DNA from: Bacteroidales bacterium
GTDB lineage: Bacteria; Bacteroidota; Bacteroidia; Bacteroidales; UBA7960
Direction: 5' to 3'
Length of the DNA stretch: 55,899 bases
NCBI GenBank assembly: GCA_007123065.1
Contig: SKSI01000090.1
Location: forward strand, 1-55,899
The position numbers and the translations under genes were made by a program. The notes under the pieces were generated by a model that was given only the letters and a program-made list of their open reading frames with translations, was not told the DNA's origin and did no database searches. Within the stretch, counting starts at the first letter, position 1. Each line of letters opens with the position of its first letter. Below, one piece after another: positions 47,121-55,899 of the stretch.

Positions 47121-49184
47121 ATGAAAAAACACATCAAATTATTTACAATTGCAACCATGATGTTTGTCATAGGATGTACAAACAGTGGCAGCAAAAAAAA
47201 ACAAACAGAAATGAATGTTATACCGGATAAGACTATAGAACAAGTGATCAGTCAATTGACAGACAAACACGGCAATGAGCATCTGTCATTGATAGACCGT
47301 GGAACCAGACAGGCAGCTGCCCTGTGGACAAAAGAAGACGGAAGTGAAGAAACGTTTGTCAGTTTTTGCCTGGACAGTTACGTCGCTGACCCGGCAGAGC
47401 GTGAGGACTTATTCAATAGCCTGTCACGAAACTATGAATTCATCTGGGGACATTTCAACCAGATGATGCTTGAACTTAACAAACCGCTTCACCTTGATTG
47501 GGGTCCGATCAAGCCTGTCGATATTTTGTTCGGCAGCTATGCACCGGCTGCACATCTTACAGAAGATTTCTACAAAAACAAAGTTGCATTTCTGACCATT
47601 TTGAATTTCCCGTTTTATTCTTTGGACGAAAAAAACGAACATGGGCAAAAATGGACCCGCGAAGAGTGGGCATATGCCCGTATGGGTGATGTGTTTACTT
47701 CCAGGATACCCGCAGATATCATTCAGAACATGTCGCGCGTAGGAACCATTTCCGACAATTATATATCGGAATATAACATTGTAATGGGTCAGCTGGTGAA
47801 TGATGAGGGAGAAAAGCTTTTCCCCGACAATCTTCGTCTGATCACACACTGGGGTCTGCGCGACGAACTGAAGGCACATTACGATGGCACACCGGAAGGA
47901 CTTAAAAAACAGCGAATGATCTACCAGGTGATGCAGCGCATCATCGACCAGAGCATCCCGGAAAAGGTGATCAACAACCAGGAGGTGGAATGGAATCCAT
48001 TCTCCAATGATGTCAAAAAAGATGGTAAATCAATAATGGTTGAACCGGAACCGAATACCAGGTACCGGCATCTGCTTGATAATTTCCTGGCGCGCGAAAA
48101 AGCCGACCCTTATGCACCAAGTTATCCGACGGCAATCGAGCGGGCATTCGAGCAAGGGCTGGAACTCAGCATGGATGAAGTGGAATCTGTTTTCATAGAA
48201 CTGGTTGGCGACCCGATGATGCAAGAAGTGGGTGCGCTGATATCTCAACGCCTGGGCAGAGACCTGGAGCCTTTTGATATCTGGTATGATGGATTTAAAG
48301 CACGTAGCGGAATACCGGAAACGGAACTGGACAAACTGGTAACAGGAAAATATCCAGATGCAGAAGCCCTTGAACAGGGCATGCCTGACTTGTTGGTAAA
48401 GCTGGGATACAGCAGGTCACGAGCTGAAGAGATTTCAAGTAAAATCGTTGTTGAAGGAGCCCGGGGTGCCGGACATGCATGGGGTGCACAAATGCGTTCC
48501 CAGTATTCGCACCTGCGTACACGTATTGCTGAAGGAGGAATGACATACAATGGATTCAATATTGCAGCCCACGAACTTGGACATAACGTGGAACAAACGG
48601 TCAGTCTGCATGATGTGGATTACTACCTGATGAACGGCGTTCCGAATACGGCCTTCACTGAAGCGCTCGCGTTCATTTTTCAGACACGAGATCTTGAACT
48701 CCTTGGTATAAGCAGTGACGACCCAATGCTGGAACACCTCAAAACCCTCGATATCTTATGGGGAACTTATGAGATCATGGGCGTATCACTGGTTGACATG
48801 CAAGTCTGGCGATGGATGTACGAAAACCCAAAGGCTTCACCCCGGCAGCTTAAGGAACAAACCATGAAAATCGCCATAGACGTGTGGAATAATTACTACG
48901 CACCGGTTTTTGGCATCAAAGACACCCCAATTCTGGCAGTTTATTCTCACATGATCAGCTATCCGCTATACCTCAGCGCTTATCCGCTGGGACACCTCAT
49001 TGAATTCCAGATCGAAGAGCATGTTCGTGGCAAAGTGCTGGCAAATGAAATAGACCGTATTTTTTCCCTTGGCCGATTAACGCCCGTACATTGGATGCAG
49101 GAAGCTGTTGGAACACCCCTGTCAGCCAGACCTTTGCTGGATGCAGGAAAGAAAAGTGCAGCGGCCCTCAACGGAACGAAATAG
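47121..49184 (+). CDS. Putative zinc metallopeptidase lipoprotein (gluzincin-type HExxH)
   Basis: Lipobox FVIGCTN. HELGHNVE followed about 25 aa later by FTEALAF, an HExxH...E arrangement as in M2/M3-like peptidases. Family not resolved. Confidence 0.55.
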   Translation: MKKHIKLFTIATMMFVIGCTNSGSKKKQTEMNVIPDKTIEQVISQLTDKHGNEHLSLIDRGTRQAAALWTKEDGSEETFVSFCLDSYVADPAEREDLFNSLSRNYEFIWGHFNQMMLELNKPLHLDWGPIKPVDILFGSYAPAAHLTEDFYKNKVAFLTILNFPFYSLDEKNEHGQKWTREEWAYARMGDVFTSRIPADIIQNMSRVGTISDNYISEYNIVMGQLVNDEGEKLFPDNLRLITHWGLRDELKAHYDGTPEGLKKQRMIYQVMQRIIDQSIPEKVINNQEVEWNPFSNDVKKDGKSIMVEPEPNTRYRHLLDNFLAREKADPYAPSYPTAIERAFEQGLELSMDEVESVFIELVGDPMMQEVGALISQRLGRDLEPFDIWYDGFKARSGIPETELDKLVTGKYPDAEALEQGMPDLLVKLGYSRSRAEEISSKIVVEGARGAGHAWGAQMRSQYSHLRTRIAEGGMTYNGFNIAAHELGHNVEQTVSLHDVDYYLMNGVPNTAFTEALAFIFQTRDLELLGISSDDPMLEHLKTLDILWGTYEIMGVSLVDMQVWRWMYENPKASPRQLKEQTMKIAIDVWNNYYAPVFGIKDTPILAVYSHMISYPLYLSAYPLGHLIEFQIEEHVRGKVLANEIDRIFSLGRLTPVHWMQEAVGTPLSARPLLDAGKKSAAALNGTK

Positions 49185-49217
49185 TTGTCCTGATTGTTAA
49201 CTGTCTGTAAAGAAACT

Positions 49218-49799
49218 TCATTGGCTGAAGTATCTTTCAACCACATCCGGATAGTATCGGTGCTCAAGCTCCTGTACCCTTTTGGCAAGACCTTCAGGGG
49301 TTTCTCCCGGAAGTATATTCAGGCTTTTCTGAAAGACGATCCTGCCTTTGTCGTATGCTTCGTTGACAAGATGGATTGTAATACCGCTTTTGGGACTGCC
49401 CGACTTGATAACAGCACGGTGTACATGCATGCCGTACATCCCTTTCCCGCCGTATTCCGGCAACAGTGCCGGATGTATATTCAGAATCTTGTCAGGATAC
49501 ATTCTGATAAAGTACCCGGGAATCAGCAAAAGGTATCCGGCCAGAACAATTCCATCAATTTTGTTTTGAGTAAAGATGTTTTTTATGACATCTGGATTGC
49601 GCCATTCAGCAGGAGATATGACTACAGATGAAACATTGAGCCGTTCAGCGCGCTTCAACACATAAGCATCCGGCCGGTTTGAAACGACCAGTGCAACCTC
49701 TATAACAGGATGATCACGAAAATAGCTGATAAGTTTTTCCGCATTGCTTCCGCTTCCGGAGGCAAAAACAGCAAGTCGGATTTTGATTTTGTCAGGCAT
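49218..49799 (-). CDS. purN: Phosphoribosylglycinamide formyltransferase
   Basis: FASGSGSNAE N-terminus and NIHPALLP..G motif. The internal ATG (M14 of the track ORF) is preferred as the start. Confidence 0.85.
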   Translation of the reverse strand: MPDKIKIRLAVFASGSGSNAEKLISYFRDHPVIEVALVVSNRPDAYVLKRAERLNVSSVVISPAEWRNPDVIKNIFTQNKIDGIVLAGYLLLIPGYFIRMYPDKILNIHPALLPEYGGKGMYGMHVHRAVIKSGSPKSGITIHLVNEAYDKGRIVFQKSLNILPGETPEGLAKRVQELEHRYYPDVVERYFSQ

Positions 49800-50065
49800 C
49801 GGGCTGTGTTTCCTCAAAGGTACAAGGAATTTTCCCATTCAATCACGCGCAAAAAACAGAATTCGGATCATTTTTAAACAAGTTTAAACACCGGATGACA
49901 AAAAACAGCTGTTTGCGCCCTATTTCTACTATGTTTTTAGTTGTTCTTTTTATTCTGTATATCAGTTATTTATGAGGGTAATAGTAAAATTGAGGGCAAA
50001 AAAGTTGGTTATAATCAATAGATTATTTTTCTTTGCACCCTTGTTTAACAAAAAAAGGAGAAACC

Positions 50066-50302
50066 ATGTCTGAAATTGCAACAAGAGTAAAAGCTATCAT
50101 TGTTGATAAGCTTGGTGTAGATGAAAAAGAGGTAACACCCGAGGCTAGTTTTACAAACGACCTGGGTGCTGATTCACTCGACACAGTAGAGCTCATTATG
50201 GAGTTTGAAAAAGAGTTTAATCTTGCCATTCCTGATGACCAGGCCGAAAAAATCAGCACGGTAGGTGAAGCGATTGCTTACATTGAGAATAGCAATAAGT
50301 AA
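50066..50302 (+). CDS. acpP: Acyl carrier protein
   Basis: [17 protein letters not shown] with the phosphopantetheine Ser. The ATG at 50066 is preceded by AAGGAG. Confidence 0.95.
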   Translation: MSEIATRVKAIIVDKLGVDEKEVTPEASFTNDLGADSLDTVELIMEFEKEFNLAIPDDQAEKISTVGEAIAYIENSNK

Positions 50303-50321
50303 AACATTTTTTTAATGGTAG

Positions 50322-50374
50322 AGCCCACATGTACGGTTTTATTCGTAGCAACCACGAATTGACCCATGTGGGCT
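50322..50374 (+). terminator. Structured hairpin / partial terminator between acpP and fabF
   Basis: 10-bp stem AGCCCACATG (50322-31) / CATGTGGGCT (50365-74) enclosing a nested hairpin TTCGT-agcaacc-ACGAA. Followed by TTATTT. Confidence 0.5.
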
Positions 50375-50408
50375 TTATTTCACTAACTGTTAAACAAATC
50401 TGAACCTA

Positions 50409-51662
50409 ATGGAACTCAAAAGAGTAGTAGTTACCGGTTTGGGAACGCTTAACCCACTGGGCAACGATATTGACACATATTGGAAGGCGTTGCTGGATGG
50501 CAAGAGCGGTGCGGCACCCATTACCCATTTTGACGCATCACAGTTTAAAACACAATTTGCCTGTGAGCTAAAGGGCTACAACCCCCAGGATCATTTTGAA
50601 CGCAAAGAAGCCCGCAAATATGATCCATTTACCCAATATGCCATGGTGTCAACGGCTGAGGCACTTAAAGACAGCGGCCTGAACCCTGAAAATTATGATC
50701 CGGACCGTGTTGGCGTGATCTGGGGCAGCGGAATAGGCGGCCTGGAGACATTTCTCAAAGAGGTTTCTGCTTATGCCAAGAGCGATGGGCCACCGAGATT
50801 CAGCCCATTCTTTATTCCCAAAATGATCGCGGATATTGCAGCCGGACACATTTCAATCAAGTATGGATTTCGTGGTCCGAATTACACAACCACTTCCGCC
50901 TGTGCTTCTTCGGCGAATGCCCTGGTAGACTGTTTCAACCTGATCCGTCTTGGGAAAGCCGATGTATTCATCAGCGGTGGCTCTGAGGCAGCAATCAATG
51001 ATGCCGGTGTTGGCGGATTCAGTGCCATGCACGCCATTTCCGTACGCAACGATGACCCAAAAACAGCTTCCCGGCCATTCGACAAAGACCGTGACGGGTT
51101 TGTATTGGGAGAAGGCAGTGGCACCATCATCTTTGAAGAACTGGAACACGCCCTTAAACGCGGTGCCAAGATATATGCAGAAGTAGTTGGCGGAGGAATG
51201 TCAGCAGATGCCTACCATATGACAAGCCCGCATCCTGATGGCCTCGGTGCAGTAAACGTTATGAAATATGCTTTGGAAGATGGCGGCCTGAAAACTGAAG
51301 ATGTTGACCACATCAACACACACGGCACATCTACCCCGCTTGGAGACATTTCCGAACCCAAAGCAATTGTAACCCTTTTTGGTGAGCATGCTTACAAAAT
51401 CAGCATCAATTCAACCAAGTCGATGACAGGCCACTTGCTTGGTGCCGCAGGCGCCGTTGAGTCAATTGCAACGATTCTTGCCGTACAAAACGACATTGTA
51501 CCACCCACGATAAACCACTTCAACCTGGATCCGGAAATCGACAACAAACTTGATTTCACGTTTAATAAAGCAAAAAAACGTGAAGTAAATGTCGCATTAT
51601 CCAACACATTTGGGTTTGGCGGACATAATGCGTGCTTGGCATTTAAAAAGTTTAAACAATAA
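50409..51662 (+). CDS. fabF: Beta-ketoacyl-ACP synthase II
   Basis: Active-site TTSACASSANAL, plus HGTSTPLGD and GHLLGAAG. Confidence 0.95.
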   Translation: MELKRVVVTGLGTLNPLGNDIDTYWKALLDGKSGAAPITHFDASQFKTQFACELKGYNPQDHFERKEARKYDPFTQYAMVSTAEALKDSGLNPENYDPDRVGVIWGSGIGGLETFLKEVSAYAKSDGPPRFSPFFIPKMIADIAAGHISIKYGFRGPNYTTTSACASSANALVDCFNLIRLGKADVFISGGSEAAINDAGVGGFSAMHAISVRNDDPKTASRPFDKDRDGFVLGEGSGTIIFEELEHALKRGAKIYAEVVGGGMSADAYHMTSPHPDGLGAVNVMKYALEDGGLKTEDVDHINTHGTSTPLGDISEPKAIVTLFGEHAYKISINSTKSMTGHLLGAAGAVESIATILAVQNDIVPPTINHFNLDPEIDNKLDFTFNKAKKREVNVALSNTFGFGGHNACLAFKKFKQ

Positions 51663-51670
51663 TTGACCGC

Positions 51671-52423
51671 TTGCGCTTATTTAAGTTTAATCGTCTAAAG
51701 CAAAAGACAGCAGAACAGGAACTGTCTGATGCCATCAGCAATATTTTTGGTTACAAGCCAAAAAACGTTGCTATATATAAACTGGCATTCTGTCATAAAT
51801 CGAAGGCCGACAATACCACCAACGGGTTAAAACACGGCAACGAACGACTTGAATACCTTGGCGATGCCGTTTTGGGATCGGTGGTTGCCGACTTTCTTTT
51901 CAAAAAATTTCCATTTAAAGAAGAAGGTTTTCTTACTGAGATGCGATCACGTATTGTCAGCCGGAGCAACCTGAATCTTCTGTCAAAAAAACTCGGACTG
52001 GAAAAGCTCATTGATTCCAGCAAGGACAGGAGCGTTCCCGGCTCCTCCATCGCAGGTGATGCTTTTGAAGCTTTTATTGGAGCACTTTATCTCGACAGGG
52101 GCTACAACTTCACAAAAAGCATCATCATACAACATATCATTCAAACCCATCTGGATATTGACGAACTGATACACCGCGAGGTAAACTTCAAAAGCAAAGT
52201 TATTGAGTGGGCTCAGAAACAGAGAAAAGCGGTCGTTTTTAACCTGATTTCTGAAGAAGAAAACGGCAAAAAGCTCAAACTCTATACCATTGAACTGTGC
52301 ATCGATCGCAGACCTTTTGCCAGCGGACAGGACTTCTCAATAAAAAAAGCGGAACAACGTGCTGCACAAAAAGTCTGGGATCTGCTGCAAATATCCGAAA
52401 GCGAAAACGACTCCGGCATTTAA
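51671..52423 (+). CDS. rnc: Ribonuclease III
   Basis: Signature NERLEYLGDAVLG, plus DAFEAFIGALYLD and a C-terminal dsRBD. Apparent TTG start. Confidence 0.9.
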   Translation: MRLFKFNRLKQKTAEQELSDAISNIFGYKPKNVAIYKLAFCHKSKADNTTNGLKHGNERLEYLGDAVLGSVVADFLFKKFPFKEEGFLTEMRSRIVSRSNLNLLSKKLGLEKLIDSSKDRSVPGSSIAGDAFEAFIGALYLDRGYNFTKSIIIQHIIQTHLDIDELIHREVNFKSKVIEWAQKQRKAVVFNLISEEENGKKLKLYTIELCIDRRPFASGQDFSIKKAEQRAAQKVWDLLQISESENDSGI

Positions 52424-52470
52424 CGTACCTTTACATCAAGACTGAACCAAAAAGGAACACCTGTGGGCTT

Positions 52471-52926
52471 ATGGTAAAAAAAACAAAGCTTCGTGTTGAA
52501 CACACCCCTTCTTTCAAGGTCATTGCGTTGTTTTCGCAACAAAAGGACTATCGGTTATGCTGGCTACTGAACCGCCATCTTCTTTTTGACCTGAAAAGGC
52601 TTTCCCCTTTTGCTTATCCACCGTATAAGAAAGTTGAAACGTCGCGGTTCTCTGTTTACCATTATGAAGACGCCATCAACAGGTTGCATTATTTCCTGCT
52701 TGCCAACAAATGTCCTGAAGGGGTTTTGTTTGAATTGCCAAAAAACATGGATTATCTCCTGCTGATAAAGAATCCGGGAGCTGGCTTCAACCAGAATGAT
52801 TTCATCAGCAAAGTTCGCAAAACGGAACAGCTTCAGGGCGTTTTTCCATTGGATGACGGCCTGGGTAAACGGTCCGACCTCATCCTTTATGATTTTGAGA
52901 TGTATGCGGATGAGGCAATCAAATAA
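52471..52926 (+). CDS. IPExxxVDY family protein
   Basis: Lies downstream of rnc, as usual in Bacteroidota. The motif variant ELPKNMDYLLLIK matches [IL]P[EK]xxx[VM]DY. The internal ATG at 52471 is preferred, because the track ORF from 52297 overlaps rnc. Confidence 0.7.
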   Translation: MVKKTKLRVEHTPSFKVIALFSQQKDYRLCWLLNRHLLFDLKRLSPFAYPPYKKVETSRFSVYHYEDAINRLHYFLLANKCPEGVLFELPKNMDYLLLIKNPGAGFNQNDFISKVRKTEQLQGVFPLDDGLGKRSDLILYDFEMYADEAIK

Positions 52927-53124
52927 AAAGCTCCTGAAGGCAAAATTCACACTGCCGGTTTAAAAGTGTAACCAGTATTGACTCCCTGAGAGTACCTGTT
53001 TGTATCATAACCAGATAGCTACCCTGTTTCAGCGAAGCTATTTGCGGGAAAACATCCAGCAAATTAAGCTCATAATGCCCGGCTCACTGAGACTCGATGG
53101 ATCTCAGATCCCAGCTTTCAGATC

Positions 53125-53227
53125 CCATTAGCACATCTGCTAATTTACAAATCTTCATTCCCTTCGAGCTTCCAGCTTCGAGCTCATCTGCTAATTAATA
53201 CATTTGCACATCTGCTAATTTGCACAT
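53125..53227. repeat. Dispersed/tandem repeat of the (G)CACATCTGCTAAT word family
   Basis: GCACATCTGCTAATTT (53131-46), CATCTGCTAATT (53185-96), CATTTGCACATCTGCTAATTTGCACATTT (53201-29), plus internal CTTCGAGCT/CCAGCTTCGAGCT repeats. It shares CATTTGCACATCT exactly with nt 50-62. Confidence 0.8.
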
Positions 53228-54013
53228 TTATAAATCATCACTTCCTTCCAGCTTTTTCGCTTCATTCCAGAACACATCCATTTCGGCCAGATTCATTTTC
53301 TTCATATCTTTTCCTGTTTTTCTGGCTTGTTCTTCAAGATGCTCAAAACGTTTGACAAATTTTTTATTGGTTCGTTCCAGGGCATTTTCCGGATTTACCC
53401 CAATAAAGCGGGCATAATTGATCAGCGCAAAAAGCAGGTCACCAAACTCGGCCTCCGTTGTTCGTTTACAAGCACCATTTTCAACTTCGGCCTTCAGTTC
53501 TTCCAGTTCTTCCTGAACCTTTTCCCAAACCTGTTCCGGTCTTTCCCAGTCAAAACCGACACCTTTAACCTTATCCTGAATGCGGTAGGCCTTGATCATG
53601 GCTGGCAGTGATTTCGGCACACCCGACAGCACCCGTTTTTTATTTCCTCTGAGCTTGATTTTTTCCCAGTTATCCTTAACCTCATCCGCAGTTACTGCTT
53701 TCACGTCACCATATATATGCGGGTGGCGGCTGATGAGTTTCTTGTTGATCCCATCAATAACATCCTTGATATCAAAAGCCTTTTTCTCGCTGCCAATTTT
53801 GGAGTAAAAAACAATATGGAGCATCAGGTCTCCAAGCTCCCCCTTAATCTCCTCCATGTTCTGGTCAAGAATTGCATCAGCAAGTTCGTACGTTTCTTCA
53901 ATAGTCAGGTGGCGAAGGCTCTCCAGGGTTTGCTTCTTATCCCAGGGACATTTTGCACGCAGCTCATCCATGATTGAAAGCAGCTTCCCGAAAGCATTTA
54001 ATCGTTCATCCAT
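53228..54013 (-). CDS. mazG: Nucleoside triphosphate pyrophosphohydrolase MazG
   Basis: Two MazG repeats (TIEETYELADAI, ELGDLMLHIVF, EFGDLLFALINYAR). Confidence 0.9.
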   Translation of the reverse strand: MDERLNAFGKLLSIMDELRAKCPWDKKQTLESLRHLTIEETYELADAILDQNMEEIKGELGDLMLHIVFYSKIGSEKKAFDIKDVIDGINKKLISRHPHIYGDVKAVTADEVKDNWEKIKLRGNKKRVLSGVPKSLPAMIKAYRIQDKVKGVGFDWERPEQVWEKVQEELEELKAEVENGACKRTTEAEFGDLLFALINYARFIGVNPENALERTNKKFVKRFEHLEEQARKTGKDMKKMNLAEMDVFWNEAKKLEGSDDL

Positions 54014-54027
54014 AAAATAAATTTTGC

Positions 54028-54035
54028 CAAAGTTA
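54028..54035 (-). promoter_or_regulatory. Candidate -7 box (TAACTTTG on the minus strand) for mazG
   Basis: The reverse complement of CAAAGTTA matches TAnnTTTG and lies 14 nt upstream of the ATG. Confidence 0.35.
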
Positions 54036-54240
54036 GCAACAAAACATCTATAAACAAATCATATCTTCGAGGGGCAACCTGCTTTATGCGTACGTTTTCA
54101 TACATTGGGTGCACGGATCTGAACACTTTTTTTAAGAAAAAACCAAAGAAAACAGGTTATTTTGCTGTTTATGTGTGTGTTATGCTTATTGGCACAATAT
54201 TCGTTGATTTTTTGGTCGAGAAACCTTAAAACAGTTTGTA

Positions 54241-55491
54241 ATGGACAGGATCATTAAAAAGAAAAAGTGGACATTGAAAAAGGTCCTCAGCATAGCAGGA
54301 GTAACAGCGTTTGGCGTCTTTATCGTTTATCTTTTATTCTTTCGCGACACCAGCAGCAGGCTTTACGTAGACAGGGACAAAATGACCGTTGCCGAAGTTC
54401 AACAGGGCCATTTTCAGGAGTTTATCCCTGTTGATGGAGTTGTCCAGCCCATTGTCACAATATACGTAGATGCTGTATTTGGCGGGAGGGTCGAAGAGAT
54501 TTTTGTTCGCGACGGTGCACATGTTGAAGAGGGAGACAAGATTCTTCGTCTGGCAAACGCTCAGCTGGAGCTAAACTACATGCAACAGGAAAATACAGCT
54601 CTGGAGGTTCTTGACAGGTACCAAAATACGCGCCTGAGCCTTGAACGCAACATGTTCAACCTGGAGCGGCAGCTCGTAGATCTGGAGTATCGTCTGGACG
54701 TTACTACAAAAGACTACTTACGCAAAAAGCATTTTTTTGAGGAGGGTGTGATTTCTGATGAGGAATATGAAAATGCGGAAAGGGAATACCGGTTTGCACA
54801 ACGCAATTTTGATATCGGTTTGCGTACCATGCGCCACGATTCGTTATATGTTTCCACCCAGATGCAGCAGATCAACCAGTATATTTCCCGCGTGGAAGAA
54901 AACATCGACATGTTGCATGAAACCCTTGGTCAGTTGATCATCCGCTCTCCAATCAGTGGCCGTCTGTCATCCTTTAATGCAGAACGGGGTGAAACAAAAG
55001 CATCGGGCGAGAACCTTGGACAGATCGACGTGCTTGACGGTTACAAACTTCGCGCACGAATCGACGAACGTTACATCAACCGCACTTATATCGGACAGCC
55101 TGCCTCTTTTGAATATGCCGGACAAACCTATCATCTTGAAGTCAATAAAATATACAGCAACATTACAGGAGGTGCCTTTGAGGTGGACCTCGAGTTTAAC
55201 GGTGATGAACCGGAAGGGATCCGCAGGGGGCAGACCTTGCAACTTCGTCTTCAGTTCAGTGGCATCGCCGATGCACTGATTATACCACGCGGCGGCTTTT
55301 ACCAGGCAACCGGAGGCAACTGGATCTATGTGCTGGATGCAGCAGGTTCACAGGCTACCAGAAGGCAGATCCGAATCGGACGTCAAAACATACACCATTA
55401 CGAAGTACTGGAAGGGCTGGAACCCGGCGAAAGGGTGATCACATCCTCCTACGACAGCTATGGTGGCAGAGACAGGCTTATATTCAGATAA
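54241..55491 (+). CDS. HlyD-family periplasmic adaptor subunit (MacA-like)
   Basis: N-terminal membrane anchor, a lipoyl-like segment VDGVVQP...VEEGDKILRL, a coiled-coil hairpin and a beta-barrel domain. Followed by an ABC ATPase gene. Confidence 0.8.
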   Translation: MDRIIKKKKWTLKKVLSIAGVTAFGVFIVYLLFFRDTSSRLYVDRDKMTVAEVQQGHFQEFIPVDGVVQPIVTIYVDAVFGGRVEEIFVRDGAHVEEGDKILRLANAQLELNYMQQENTALEVLDRYQNTRLSLERNMFNLERQLVDLEYRLDVTTKDYLRKKHFFEEGVISDEEYENAEREYRFAQRNFDIGLRTMRHDSLYVSTQMQQINQYISRVEENIDMLHETLGQLIIRSPISGRLSSFNAERGETKASGENLGQIDVLDGYKLRARIDERYINRTYIGQPASFEYAGQTYHLEVNKIYSNITGGAFEVDLEFNGDEPEGIRRGQTLQLRLQFSGIADALIIPRGGFYQATGGNWIYVLDAAGSQATRRQIRIGRQNIHHYEVLEGLEPGERVITSSYDSYGGRDRLIFR

Positions 55492-55566
55492 AAAATATTA
55501 TAGATATTTGAAAAAAAAACGATCATCAACAAAAAAACATAAACACTCATTCCTAAATTTACAGCC

Positions 55567-55899
55567 ATGATTAAGACAAATGATTTAACAAAAGTTTTTC
55601 GGACAGAAGACGTAGAAACCACAGCTTTGAACAAGGTCTCTTTTGAGATCAACGAAGGGGAGTTTGTTGCCATAATGGGACCGTCAGGATGTGGCAAATC
55701 CACACTGCTCAACATAATGGGACTGCTTGACAACCCCAGCGGTGGTGAGTATAATTTCCTGGGGCAAGAGGTTTCAAGGTATTCCGAAAAGCAACGTGCC
55801 AATCTGCGCAAGCGCAACATCGGTTTTGTGTTTCAGAATTTTAACCTGATCGACGAGCTGAGCGTTTTTGAAAACATTGAATTGCCTTTGATTTATCTG
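55567..55899 (+). CDS. ABC transporter ATP-binding protein (MacB/LolD-like), 3' truncated by the window edge
   Basis: My own translation from the ATG at 55567 gives MIKTNDLTKVFRTEDVETTALNKVSFEINEGEFVAIMGPSGCGKSTLLNIMGLLD..., which contains a Walker A motif. The frame stays open to the end of the window. Confidence 0.85.
   Translation, partial: MIKTNDLTKVFRTEDVETTALNKVSFEINEGEFVAIMGPSGCGKSTLLNIMGLLDNPSGGEYNFLGQEVSRYSEKQRANLRKRNIGFVFQNFNLIDELSVFENIELPLIYL

Noticed and set aside
1-55899. Mobile elements, genomic island boundaries, tRNA/rRNA genes
   Set aside because: I recognised no transposase, integrase or recombinase-like ORF, no long terminal inverted repeats and no tRNA-like sequence (for example GGTTCGAATCC-type T-arms) in the spacers. 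Intergenic regions are mostly under 300 bp.
54241-55899. HlyD adaptor plus ABC ATPase as a novel secretion system
   Set aside because: It looks like a standard MacAB/DevBCA-type tripartite efflux module. The permease and outer-membrane components presumably lie beyond the window edge.

Overview
This is a dense chromosomal segment, about 50 CDS on both strands, that looks like a Bacteroidota genome. Supporting evidence: a porP/sprF-gldK-gldL-gldM-gldN type IX secretion/gliding operon, the ftsX-DUF3098-uppP-truB and acpP-fabF-rnc-IPExxxVDY syntenies, TAnnTTTG-type -7 boxes, and A-rich leaders that mostly lack a Shine-Dalgarno (SD) sequence. I recognised no rRNA, tRNA, CRISPR array, transposase or integrase. 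Most genes are housekeeping: cdd, dprA, queA, ispD, miaB, topA, pheT, asd, glyQS, purN, mazG and two fumarases. Four things stand out. (1) A 1723-aa single ORF fuses an SLC12/cation-chloride-cotransporter-like permease and its cytoplasmic domain to about 1000 extra residues that end in a P-loop NTPase and a winged-helix-like tail. Its stop overlaps (ATGA) the start of a small MscS-like gene, and a large MscS gene is transcribed divergently from it. (2) A family-1 encapsulin shell gene follows an encapsulated-ferritin cargo gene that carries a C-terminal SLGIGKIKK targeting peptide, and the shell gene has an unusually strong SD. (3) An arginase-fold protein with substituted metal-ligand motifs sits directly upstream of the T9SS operon. 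(4) Several families of short intergenic tandem or dispersed repeats are present (16-mer, 8-mer and 48-mer). All calls rest on motif recognition in the supplied translations and on direct reading of the DNA. No database search was run.
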